DNA of 64,000 nt, taken from positions 85,252,001-85,316,000 of the forward strand of contig NW_024704742.1 in assembly GCF_018977255.1 (NCBI RefSeq), in the 5' to 3' direction. Position numbers and translations under genes: made by a program. The stretch is from Callorhinchus milii (Eukaryota). How positions within the stretch are numbered: position 1 is the stretch's first letter; every line of letters starts with the position of its first letter. The notes beneath the pieces were generated by a model, which saw only the letters and a list, made by a program, of their open reading frames with translations, was not told the origin of the DNA and searched no databases. Below, in pieces: positions 14,137 through 25,399 of this stretch.

Positions 14137-15415
14137 CATAGAATCATAGAATCTTACAGTACAAAAAGAGGCCATTCGGCCCATCGAGTCTGTGTCGGCT
14201 CTTTGGAAAGAGCAATGCAATGCCAATCCCACGCCCCAGCCCTTTCTCCATAACCCTGCAAACCCGTCCTCCTCAAATACCCGTCCACTGCGTTTTTAAA
14301 AGTAGTTATCGAATCGGCCTCGACCACCCTTTCAGGCAATGCATTCCAGATCTCAACAACTCGCTGCATGAAAAAAATTCTTCTCACCCCCCCCCTAGAA
14401 ACTATTTTAAATCTGTGACCTCGAGTCACTGACACACCCACCAGTGGAAACAGTTTTTCCCTTTCTAACCTATCAAATCCCCTCATGATTTTGAAGACCT
14501 CTATCAGGTCTCCTTCTCTGCTCCAATGAGAATAATCCCATCCTCTCGTGCCTTTCCTCATAATCAAGGTCCCTCATTCCTGGTACCATCCTTGTAAATC
14601 TCCTCTGAACCCTTTCCAATGTCTTAAAATCCTTCCTATAGTGCGGTGCCCAAAACCTGGCGCAGTACTCTAACTAAGACCTAACCAGTGTTTTATATAG
14701 GTTAATCATAACTTCCTGACTCTTGTACTCTATGCCCCTATTTATAAAGCCTAGTATTGCATTTGCCCTTTTTACAGCTTTATCTACCTGTCCTTCCACC
14801 TTCAAGGATTCATTTACCTGAACCCCCAGATCTCTCTGTTCCTTCAACCTCCCTTAAGATTGTATTATCTCGCCTGTATTGCCTTTCCTCATTGTTTCTT
14901 GCAAAATGCAATACCTCGCATTTCTCCACATTGAAATTCATCTGCCATGTGTCTGCCCATTTTACCATTCTGTCTATGTCTTCCTGCAGTTGGCTCCTAT
15001 CCTTCTCACTGTTTACTATCCTACCTAACTTTGTGTCATCCGCATACTTGGAAATGGTACTTGCTATACCCAAGTCCAGATCATTTATATATATATATTA
15101 AGAAGAGCAGTTGTCCTGATACCGATCCCTGGGGGACGCCACTGTCAGAAAAGCAGCTGTTCACCACTACTCTCTGCTTTCTGTTTCTGAGACAGTTCTG
15201 GATCCATGCTGCCACTGTCCCTTTTATACCATGGGCTTCTATCTTTCTTACAAGTCTTTTATGCGTCAAATGCCTTTTGAAAGTCCATATAAACTACATC
15301 AACTGCACTACCTTCATCCACCTTCTCCGTTTCCTCATTGAAAAATTCTATTAGATTTGTTAGACAAGATTTGTCTTTAACAAATCCGTGATGGCTGTCC
15401 CTAATTAACCCATAG
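14137..15415 (-). mobile_element. CR1 LINE 3' fragment
   Basis: Minus-strand RT remnants SGVPQGSVSG, ISKYADDTKLG, FNVEKCEVLHF and GDLIEVFKIMRG; (ATTCTATG)n tail. Confidence 0.92.
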
Positions 15416-15811
15416 CAGAGAGTTGTGATCATAACAACTCACTGCATTAAAAATTCTCGTCTCCTCTCTAGTTGGGACGTCCTCCCAACGTGAAAGGCGC
15501 TCTATAAATGCAATCTTGTTGTTGTAATTCTTTTGCCAATTATTTAAAATCTATTTAAAATTATGTCCTCTGGTTACCAACCCACGTGCCAGTGAAAACC
15601 ATGTCTCCTTATTTACTCTATCAATCAACCTCATAACTTTGAATCCCTCTATTAATATATTAATTAGTATATTCTGTGAAGCACTTTAAGACGTCCAGAA
15701 GACGTGATAAGGTGCTATATCAAATGCAAGGATTATTATTATTACATCGTATTGCCCTATTCTAACTTGCTCAACTGCCATTTTTTCAACATCAACATTT
15801 AAAAAAAAGTA

Positions 15812-16160
15812 TATAATAATCCTTGCATGTGATATAGTGCCTTATCACGTCTTGGAGACGTCTCAAAGCGCTTCACAGAATATTCTGTAAAATGAATTAA
15901 CTGTATATTTTGTGGGTGAAACGTGGCAGCCAATTGCACATAGCAGTGTCCCACAAACAGTCGTGGATTGAGTGAACAATTTATTATTATTTTTTGAAGG
16001 AATTATTACGAACTGCCAATCGACTAACAACCGAGTTCCTACTTACTGCTAGGTAAACAGAGTAGTAAGGAAGCTTGTCCAACGTTTCGCCCTGCCGGGA
16101 ATCGAACCCAGGTCTCTCGCTTGCAAGGCTACTGCTCTAACCACTGAACTACAGGATTCC
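15812..16160 (-). mobile_element. Full-length SINE, long variant
   Basis: tRNA head at the 16160 end, extra internal segment CTGTTTACCTAGCAGTAAGTAGGAAC, Deu core and tail. Confidence 0.85.
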
Positions 16161-16715
16161 ACATATTTAATTGTTGGAGGAAACTTACACCTTTTTCCAG
16201 TTTTTTTTTCTTGCCTTGATCAGTCAAAGAGGGGATGAAATCCACACTCCCCACAGTCCAGAATAAATTCTTAAGTGATTGCATAATATATTGTAAATCC
16301 AAATTTCAGAGGAGTCATCCAGAAAAGTCTCCCCTCTTTTATCTTCCCCCTCAATAGTCCTGTTAATTTTTAAGTGAAACACCATGCTTTGGACAAAGTT
16401 GGAGAAGAAGTGAAATACATTCCTTTAGTATCAGATTGATTCAGTTGGTAACACTTCTTGTGTCTGGATCAGAGGTTTGGGGTTCAAGCCCACCTCAGTC
16501 CTTAGTCTCATGGTCCAGGTTGATGTTCCAGTGCCATGTGCTGTGGGGCTGTTGTATCATCAGAGGCGGTGTCTTTCAAATGAGATGTTATTTCCGGGTG
16601 ATGCTCTTAAAGAGATCATAAAAGGGACAGACTCCAATACAATCAGCGTCTCTGATCTATTATTGAAAATCTTCTCATAGAAGTTCCTGGGTAATGCAAT
16701 AATACTTTCCAATCA

Positions 16716-16890
16716 ATAATAATAATAATAATAATCCTTGCATTTGATATAGCGCCTTATCACGTCTTCTAGACGTCTCAAAGCGCTTCACAGAATATAC
16801 TGTAAAGTGAATTGACTGTATATTTGTGGGCGAAACGCGGCAGCCAATTGCGCACAGCAGTGTCCCACAAACAGTCGTGGATTGAAGTGG
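16716..16890 (-). mobile_element. SINE 3' part
   Basis: Same tail and core as the other copies. Confidence 0.85.
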
Positions 16891-17413
16891 ATCAACCACG
16901 AAGGATGAGTCTTATGTAGTCCCCACTACATTTTAGTTTCCCTAAAATTTCTACAAGATGTATGTCTGCAGATTTCTTTCGAATGACAAGTTCTACAATC
17001 GCCCCCCACCCCACCCTCCCCCTCCCCCTCCCCCAACCCCAACCCAATTTTCATGTTATTATTTTTTGATGCTGTTGTATTTCTATTCAGAAAATTAAAA
17101 ATAAACGTTAACAAATCTCTGATCAAATATCAGGAGACGTTCCAAATCCGTTCGGTTTCCTCGGTCGATCGAGAAAGAAGGAATATATTTTTGGGGTTTA
17201 AAATAAGAACAGCGAGAGGGGAAAACAGCTAAAATAACATCAGGGACATGGAAACAACTGAGTGTGTAAATGAGGACCATGTGGACAGTGCAGTGAGGGC
17301 TGCACCTGCGGTGGTGGTGAGGAGGTGAGAGGCTGAGGCTGGCGGTTGCCAGGGAACCAGAGCCATTAGCCCGGAGCCGGGGACAGCGCGGAGCAGCTCT
17401 CACCCCCACCCCA

Positions 17414-17445
17414 GGCCCGGCCCCGCCCCGCCCCGCCCGCCCGCA
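17414..17445 (+). promoter_or_regulatory. TXN: GC-box cluster in the CpG-rich TXN promoter
   Basis: Tandem CCCCGCCCC (Sp/KLF-type) motifs 55-80 bp upstream of the ATG, within a CpG-rich stretch. Confidence 0.7.
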
Positions 17446-17497
17446 CTCCCTCCCTCCTCACCGCACACAGGGCCACACTCAGCTCAGCTCAGCTAAC

Positions 17498-17524
17498 ATG
17501 GGGGTCCGGGTCCTGGAGAATCAG
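17498..17524 (+). CDS. TXN: Thioredoxin exon 1 (MGVRVLENQ)
   Basis: AACATGG Kozak context and CAG|gtgagt donor; a short phase-0 first exon as in vertebrate TXN. Confidence 0.85.
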
Positions 17525-17550
17525 GTGAGTAAATACCCCCTCACCTCACC

Positions 17551-18152
17551 CACTACCCCCCCCCACCCCGGCCACTACCCCCCCCCCCCCCGGGCCACTA
17601 CCCCCACCCCCCCGGGCCACTACCCCCACCTCCCACCCCGGGCCACTACCCCCCCCACACCCCGGGCCACTACCCCCCCCCCCCCCGGGCCACTACCCCC
17701 CCCCCCCCGGGCCACAGCCCCCACACCCCGGGTCACTACCCCCCCCCACCCCGGGCCACTACCCCCCCCCGGGCCACAGCCCCCCCACCCCCCCGGGCCA
17801 CTACCCCCCCCCCACCCCGGGCCACAGCCCCCCCCCACCCCGGGCCACTACCCCCCCCCCCCCACCCCGGGCCACAGCCCCCACCCCACCCCCCCGGGCC
17901 ACTACCGCCCCCCCACCCCGGGCCACAGCCCCCCACCCCACCCCGGGCCACTACCCCCCCCCCCGGGCCACTACCCCCCCCCGGGCCACAGCCCCCCACC
18001 CCCACCCCGGGCCACTACCCCCACCCCCTCCCCGGGCCACTACCCCCCCCCCCACCCCGGGCCACTACCCCCCCCCCCGGGCCACTACCCCCCCCCCACC
18101 CCGGGCCACTACCCCCCCCCGGGCCACTACCCCCCCCCCCCACCCGGGCCAC
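17551..18152. repeat. C-rich minisatellite, unit about CCCGGGCCAC(T/A)(A/G)CCCCCC
   Basis: Roughly 25-30 tandem units with variable C runs. It produces the spurious Pro-rich and Gly-rich ORFs. Confidence 0.95.
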
Positions 18153-18239
18153 AGCAGCTCTCGGCGGGTCTGAGAGGGTGAGAGAGATGGGGGTACAGGA
18201 GGCTGTCAGTCACTGAGAGACAGTCAGTCAGTCAGACAC

Positions 18240-19342
18240 TGTGTGTGTGTGTGTGTTAGCCTGTGTGTGTGTGTGTGTTAGCCTGTGTGTGTGTGTGTGT
18301 TAGCCTGTGTGTGTGTGCGTGTTAGCCTGTGTGTGTGTGCGTGTTAGCCTGTGTGTGTGTGTGTGTGTGTTAGCCTGTGTGTGTGTGCGTGTTAGCCTGT
18401 GTGTGTGTGCGTGTTAGCCTGTGTGTGTGTGTGTGTTAGCCTGTGTGTATGTGTGTTAGCCTGTGTGTGTGTGTGTGTTAGCCTGTGTGTATGTGTGTTA
18501 GCCTGTGTGTGCGTGTTAGCCTGTGTGTGCATGTTAGCCTATGTGTGTGTTAGCCTATGTGTGTTAGCCTATGTGTGTGTTAGCTTGTGTGCGTGTTAGC
18601 TTGTGTGTGTGTGTGTTAGCCTGTGTATGTGTTAGCCTGTGTGTGTGTATTAACCTGTGTGTGTGTGTGTGTTTTAGCCTGTAGGTGTGTGTTAGCTTGT
18701 GTGTGTGTGTGTGTATTAACCTGTGTGTGTGTGTTTTAGCCTGTAGGTGTGTGTTAGCTTGTGTGTGTGTGTTAGCCTGTGTGTGTGTGTGTATTAACCT
18801 GTGTGTGTGTGTGTGTGTTTTAGCCTGTAGGTGTGTGTTAGCTTGTGTGTGTGTGTTAGCCTGTGTGTGTGCGTGTTAGCCTGTGTGTGTGTGTGTTCAT
18901 GTTAGCCTGTGTGTGTGTTAGCCTGTGTGTGTGTTAGCCTGTGTGTGTGTGTGTTAGCCTGTGTGTGTGTGTGTGTGTTTTAGCCTGTAGGTGTGTGTTA
19001 GCTTGTGTGTGTGTGTTAGCCTGTGTGTGTGCGTGTTAGCCTGTGTGTGTGTGTGTTCATGTTAGCCTGTGTGTGTGTCAGCCTGTGTGTGTGTTAGCCT
19101 GTGTGTGTGTGTGTTAGCCTGTGTGTGTGTGTGTGTGTGTTAGTGTGTGTGTGTGCGTGTTAGCCTGTGTGTGTGTGTGTGTGTGTGCGTGTTAGCCTGT
19201 GTGTGTGTGTGTGCGTGTTAGCCTGTGTGTGTGTGTGTTAGCCTGTGTGTGTGTGTGTGTTAGCCTGTGTGTGTGTTAGCCTGTGTGTGTGTGTTAGCCT
19301 GTGTGTGTGTGTGTGCGTGTGCGTTTGTGTTAACCTGTGTGC
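18240..19342. repeat. Compound TG minisatellite, unit TTAGCC(TG)n
   Basis: Directly visible tandem array of about 1.1 kb. Confidence 0.97.
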
Positions 19343-20604
19343 ATGTGTATGATAGGGGAAGTGGTTGGGCTGAAGGGGAGAACCTTAGGTTATACTGTAA
19401 TCTCTCCAACCCGCACAATGCATTCTGTTTGCCTTTCCAGTGAACTCTCCGTGATGGCAATAGTGGATATGAAAGTGTTTGGGGAGGGGGAAGGTGAAAG
19501 TATTTTAGCAGCGGTGATCTGGTCTCTCCCTTTAGTTTGCGCTCGCCTTTCAATTGACATTTGGCCTAAAACCTTTATTAAGATTATTCAAATTAAAAAC
19601 TGCCTCAAGCTCTTTCTTAATACAGATTTTCATTGCTCATTTCAAGATGTGTTGTTGACATCATGACTCTTTAAAATGTTAAAGGTTTGAGTGGCAAAAT
19701 GCTAAAATGTTTCTTAGGAGTCGATTTACGAGAACTACATAATAATTTCAATATCAACCCTGTTCAAGAAGGTACAATTTTTTGAACTGTTTCATATTGT
19801 TCGCCCACAAAATACACAGTCACTTCACTCTTCAGTATAGCTTGTCAAATGCTTTGAGATGTCCTCCCAAAATATCATGGAAAGATTATTATTATTATCA
19901 CCTTAATGCTTATAAAACAACCCTCATTCAGTAATACAGGGTACTAGGCATATCATTAATTGTGTGTTTTAAAATCACAGCCTTCATATAGAGGGAAGGT
20001 ATTTAAAAAATCTCTGGAAGTCAGTAATGACCTTAACATTTTTGGCAAATGTAGAATAAATTGCTAGTTTAGGTTTATATGATTTTTCATGGTGACGATG
20101 GATCAACTTGTGGAAAGTGATGCTGTGAAGGTTGAACAGCAGCTTTAACCTTTGAAAACGATGCTGTTCATGCGTTTGTTTTTAATGCTGAGATAGTTCA
20201 AGTGGAAGGTGCTCAGGCAGACCTTGCAAAGAGAGAAGTTATTATGGGTGATTATTATTATTATTATGGGTTATTATTATTGAGGGCATATGATTGGTTT
20301 TTTTTTGCCCAGTTTTTAAAAACATATATAATTGATGTTGTATAAATGTGCTGCCACAAATGGTGGCATCAAGGTTACTTGTTGTATCTTCAAATACTCC
20401 TTGTGTTTGTTTTCTTTCTTTGAATGTGAGACTTGAAGTGGGCGTAGCATTGTGTATAAATTAGGCAAAACAACCCAGTATTCACAACCTGAATTTTGAT
20501 CAGAAGCTGAATGGCTCTCAGTAGTGCTGAACAGAATGTTTTCTTCCCCTTTTGATGTTTCCATCAGTGGCTGCAGCTTTCCTGAGGTTGAGGTTCAGCA
20601 CTGA

Positions 20605-20886
20605 ATAATAATAATAATAATCCTTGCATTTGATATAGCGCCTTATCACGTCATTGAGATGTCTCAAAGCACTTCACAAAATATACTGTAAAGTGAATTC
20701 ACTTTATATTTTGTGGGTGAAGCTCAGCAGCCACTGACCACATTATTATCCCTGGAAAAGTGATTCGCCAATCGACTGACAACCAGGTTCCTGCTCACTG
20801 CTGGGTAAACAGAGGTGTGTGGAGTAAGGAAACTTACCTGTTGAATCAAAGTGAGGCGAGCACGCTAACCACTATACTACAGGACA
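20605..20886 (-). mobile_element. SINE, long variant (degenerate)
   Basis: Tail, internal segment and partial tRNA head. Confidence 0.75.
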
Positions 20887-21064
20887 CTTGAATTCAAAGA
20901 AATGTAAATGAAATGTAACCTTAGCCTTGAGGGAGAAATTTTTTCAAAATAATACACTTAAGTTTTGCCAAAATTATATTTTCCTCCATAATGTACCAAT
21001 ATTATTTTAGCCCTGAGGTAGTTCAAGTGTCAGATTCTACCAATATTGCAAGGTTTTGAACATC

Positions 21065-21366
21065 TAGGTTTCCTTACTCCATCCCCCTCCCCTCACCACC
21101 ACCCCTCCTCTGTTTACCTAGCAGTAAGTAGGAACCCGGTTGTTAGTCAATTGGCGGATCGTTTTCAGGGATAATAATCCCTTCAAAAGTAAATAAATAA
21201 ATAATAATTTGGTCACTCAAATCCCAGCTGTTTGTGGACACTGCTGTGCGTAACCGTCCGCAAAATATACAATCACTACACTTTACAATATATTCTTTGA
21301 AGCGCTTTGAGACGTCTCAAAGACGTGATAATGTGCGATATGAAATGCAAGGATTGTCATTATTAT
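21065..21366 (+). mobile_element. SINE, long variant lacking its head
   Basis: CTGTTTACCTAGCAGTAAGTAGGAACCCGG segment, core and tail. Confidence 0.8.
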
Positions 21367-22027
21367 CTGCATCCCCTCAAAGTAGAAACGTACAATTCAT
21401 GCTTTATCTGTACACCTTTTTTCTTCAAATTTTGTTTAATGAACATATGAACATATGTTTATGTACTGTTACGTGAAGGATATTACGTCAGTAAGTATTG
21501 TCGCTGATTCTTCTCCCGCACTCATTTGGTAAGTCCAGTTTCTCCCAATGTTTGCTGTCCTCACCGTTTAAAGGAATACTCCCAGAAAGTGAAGGGAAAA
21601 GATTTTAGAGTTAATTGCAATTCTTTATAACAATTTATATGAATCCTCTTGTTTTATGTAGGCCTTGGCACTTGGAACATTGAGAAGACTTGCATAAATC
21701 TTATTTTCTTTGTTTTACAATTACTGTATTAAAAAATAGGCATGAATGTTGCTGATCAATCGGTTTGCAGTTTGCAACCCCACAGCTTTATTCTCATATA
21801 GCTCAAATTGGAGAATAACTTCCTGATAGCTTGTCACTGAGTTCACAAGAATATAAACCTATTGGAAGGCCTTCTCCATTTGATAAGATCACATGCTTTG
21901 CCCTGGCTACTACAATCAGTTAGGCTCCAGGAAAAACAGACCTGGCTTGCCCATCGGCCTTGTAAGTGAAGTGTACTTACATGGAGGAGTGGCAGTGATT
22001 GCAATTTTTGTGCTGTTTCTCTTTCAG

Positions 22028-22132
22028 AAAGATTTTGAAATGGTGCTGAAGGAGGCTGGATGTAGATTAGTGGTAATTGACTTCTCAGCAACATGGTGTG
22101 GACCTTGTAAAGTCATCAAACCGCGTTTCCAT
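22028..22132 (+). CDS. TXN: Thioredoxin exon 2, containing the WCGPC active site
   Basis: ctttcag|AAA...CAT|gtaagt, 105 bp; [35 protein letters not shown]. Confidence 0.97.
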
Positions 22133-23499
22133 GTAAGTATTGGTAAAATTATAATCCACGCACTGACATTTACAGTACGACGCTGTTTGAATTTCCAAAA
22201 CAGTAAAATAATATGTTTCTGTATGTCAGCACAGCCAACATTATGAATTTGATGATCAAATTCTAATCAATGTTAACTTGCATCAGAAATTCTCTAAATT
22301 AGCTATTTTTAATAATTGCTCTGTAAGCGTATCCTTTCTTTCTGCAGTTTGAAAAGTATTCCCCCCCACTCCTCCAGAGTTCCTTCTGCCCCAAGTCTAA
22401 GGTGGTTTAATGCCCAGTGTTTATTATTGCTACTCTATAGCTGGGGAGGGCATCGAAGAGCTCCAATAACTACTTCCCTCACTCTGTATGAGGACAAGGG
22501 TCTTCTTTCCCCTACTTTGCTGTTCACAGAAACTCAGGGAAGATCAGAAAATCTGCACCATAACAATTGTGATGTGACAATTCCTGCACTGTTTTCTGAG
22601 TTACACATCATACATATATATTTTGAAATTAAATATAGTGTTGGAGTGAGGTGGAATTACTCTGATTTTCACACTTTAATGTCTAATCATTACATAGAAT
22701 CTGCATTCCATACAGTAAATATTGATCATAGTTAATTATAATAATCTTAGCATTTGATATAGTGCCTTATCACATCAAAATGTGTCAATGAGCTTCTGCA
22801 AAGAAACAGCAATGTCTCTCAAACAGCCTTGAACTGAACAATTAGTCTTTTTTTAAATTGGGGGATTGTTGGCCAGGAATCCACTCCCCTTTTATGGATT
22901 ATTTAACGTTCACCTGAACAGGCTGATGACTGTTGCCTTATGTGTGGGTTTACCCAAGAAAGAACCAACACTATGCAATTTGTGTATCCTTCAAACAACA
23001 AGATACTGTAAATTTGCAAAGGTTTCTTAGTGAGCCTCTTACTACAGTACTGACATTTCTATTTGAAGGGTTTATTAACTGTGAAAACTGTGAAGAATGA
23101 CAAATGTAAGAGCTTTGCTCAGTTTCCCCGGAAAATTGCTTGCTGACTATCATCTTGCCGGTATATCAAAGCCTGATTCAGTTGTGAAATGGGGCAGCAT
23201 TGTCAATAAAATACAGTTGGATCCAATAGCTTGACTATGAACTTCCAATGCGATATTTGTTGATTCGCATTTTGTTAGTCATATAACAATAAGCCTTGCA
23301 CCTCCAACTGTTGGAACCATTGTTCAATAGGAAGGGATGTGTGCCAGAGTTGTCGACAGGAAGATGGTGGCAATACTCACACACACTTCATGCTGAGCTG
23401 TATTGCTCACCAGGAAGCTCGCAGGGAGTTCCTGGTACCTACTGTTCACCTACTCAGTGAGGGCTCAAACCTGCACTTGCCAGATGTCAAATTACCAAC

Positions 23500-24098
23500 T
23501 TGTGACTATCCTCTTTGGGTGGGGGGGAGGTAAGTGGGTTCTCCTTGGAGATGAATTGATTCCAAGGTGACATGTTTGGCCACGAAATGTCAGAATCGAG
23601 CCAGCCCTCTGTGGTAGTCTCAGTAGTCCAGTTTCTGAGTCAGATGGGTCCACAGTATCCCAGGGCACTGCTGATGAAAGCACAGCCAGCCTGGCTCATC
23701 GGCAGGCCAGTCACTAGGGGCAGGGAATCATCCTACTCAGCTCCTGTTAACCCTGCAAGTCAAAGCCCCAACAGGTAGGGTTGCCCTAGTTGGACAAACA
23801 GCGGGAAAGTTTGCCAAACAGTGATATCAGTAGCAAGCTATGCAGTTTTAGCTGGTTAGACTCCAGCAGAACCCTAACACACACTCTGGGGTCCCCAAGC
23901 CTTGGCTCTTGCCAACCTGCGCTTAATACTTTCCGGAATTAGGTAAACAGGATGTGTCCCTCCAGGGAGAGAGTGAGCATTGCATTCCAACAATCTCTCT
24001 CTGGGATTTCCATGTGTAGGTGGGATGCATGGAAATCTCAGCTTGGTTTGGATGCTCTTAAGCATAGGTTAATGGGTCAGACACTAGGCTGACCAAAA
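23500..24098 (+). repeat. Unclassified dispersed repeat, most complete copy in the window
   Basis: Matches 1542-2058 (inverted), 13860-14090 and 58600-59052; ends GGCTGACCAAAA. Confidence 0.75.
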
Positions 24099-25201
24099 CT
24101 GCTTCACAAGATTTACAGTGAAGTGTCATGATGTGAATGACCAATATTATCTTAGGGATTGTTGGCTAGGATACTGGGAAAAATTCCCTTCTCTTTTCAA
24201 ACAGTACTATGGGATCTTTAAAGTCCACCTGAACAGGCAAATGGGATCTTAGGTTAACGTCTCATTCGAAGGACAGCATCTCTGACCATGTAGCACTGCA
24301 TTGGAGTGTCAATCTAGACTATGAGCTGAAAGTCATAGCTTGGAGCTTGAACTATAATCTTCTGATTCAAACTTGCCCTTTGACTCCTGAAGGCAGCAAC
24401 TTGTGACAGGGTACATTTGCACAACAACTCTGGTTTGGCAGTTAGTATTGATTTATTTTTATTCAAAGTACATTTATTTGTTGATATATATTTACACTTG
24501 TCTCGGACAGTATCAAACCCGTTACAGAAATGAAGACGCAACACGTTATTATCCCGTTACAAAACACAACAGACCCGGCCCCTTGTGGCGAGGGGGTTGC
24601 CTCTGTGCACTACACTTTGATGAAGTGACCAAGGCTTTCCCACCTCAGGGTTCTGACTCCCTTTGCAGGGCGCAGTTAAAAATGGGGTCTTGTACTCCCC
24701 TCCCTATTCCTCCCATCTTAGTGGGGAGTGTGGATAGGTTCACAGCACACAGGTTGGCACGCATTTTTTTGCGACGCTCCCTTTAGGACAGTCAGGAAAC
24801 GCCCCTGTGTACATTACCTCCACGTGCACGCCTGCACACAGCCTGATAAGGCACACTTGCCGCTTTTGGATGGCATACCAATGTGCACTGTAAGCACATG
24901 TGTTTACCCAAACACACACCCAGAAACCTTGCAAACACATACACTATACACCCAACCAGTCCCACCCCAGTCACTGCGGCGTCCCTGCCAAGGTTCTGTT
25001 CCCTTTTTCTACAGGAGCATCCCAGCGAAGTCCATCCTCTGCTGAACTGGCACCTACAGGTGTGCTTCCTACAAAATGGGGAGGGGGGCACATGGTGTAG
25101 AAATCAGGAATTGTAAATCTGGTTGTTCCGAATTTCCTTTTCTCCCCCCCACCCCCCAGCCTGTGGATGCAAAACCCAATTAGTTTTTTTTGCCCTCTTA
25201 G

Positions 25202-25261
25202 GAACTGGCAGAGAAAAATCCAACTGCAATATTCTGTGATGTTGACGTGGATGATGCAGCG
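25202..25261 (+). CDS. TXN: Thioredoxin exon 3
   Basis: ctcttag|GAA...GCG|gtaagc, 60 bp; ELAEKNPTAIFCDVDVDDAA. Confidence 0.95.
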
Positions 25262-25372
25262 GTAAGCAGAAGCACCAGTGACCAGACATTTCAGATGAAG
25301 CTTAATTAAATGCATAGATCAGAAGTTTTCATTCATGTCGGTTTGTCAACTTCTTTCTTAACTCCAACCATC

Positions 25373-25399
25373 TGGCTAAGATCAAATGTAGTATCTATT
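25373..25399 (+). pseudogene. U2 snRNA 5' fragment
   Basis: TGGCTAAGATCAAATGTAGTATCTATT versus recalled U2 nt 18-44 TGGCTAAGATCAAGTGTAGTATCTGTT (25/27 identical). Confidence 0.7.

Noticed and set aside
17498..18181. 227-aa proline-rich ORF
   Set aside because: Only the first 9 codons are TXN exon 1; the rest reads through the donor into a C-rich minisatellite.
18399..18879. Cys/Val-rich ORFs
   Set aside because: Translations of the TG array.
17551..19342. CRISPR-like or telomeric array
   Set aside because: No unique spacers and eukaryotic context; the unit is TTAGCC(TG)n, not TTAGGG.
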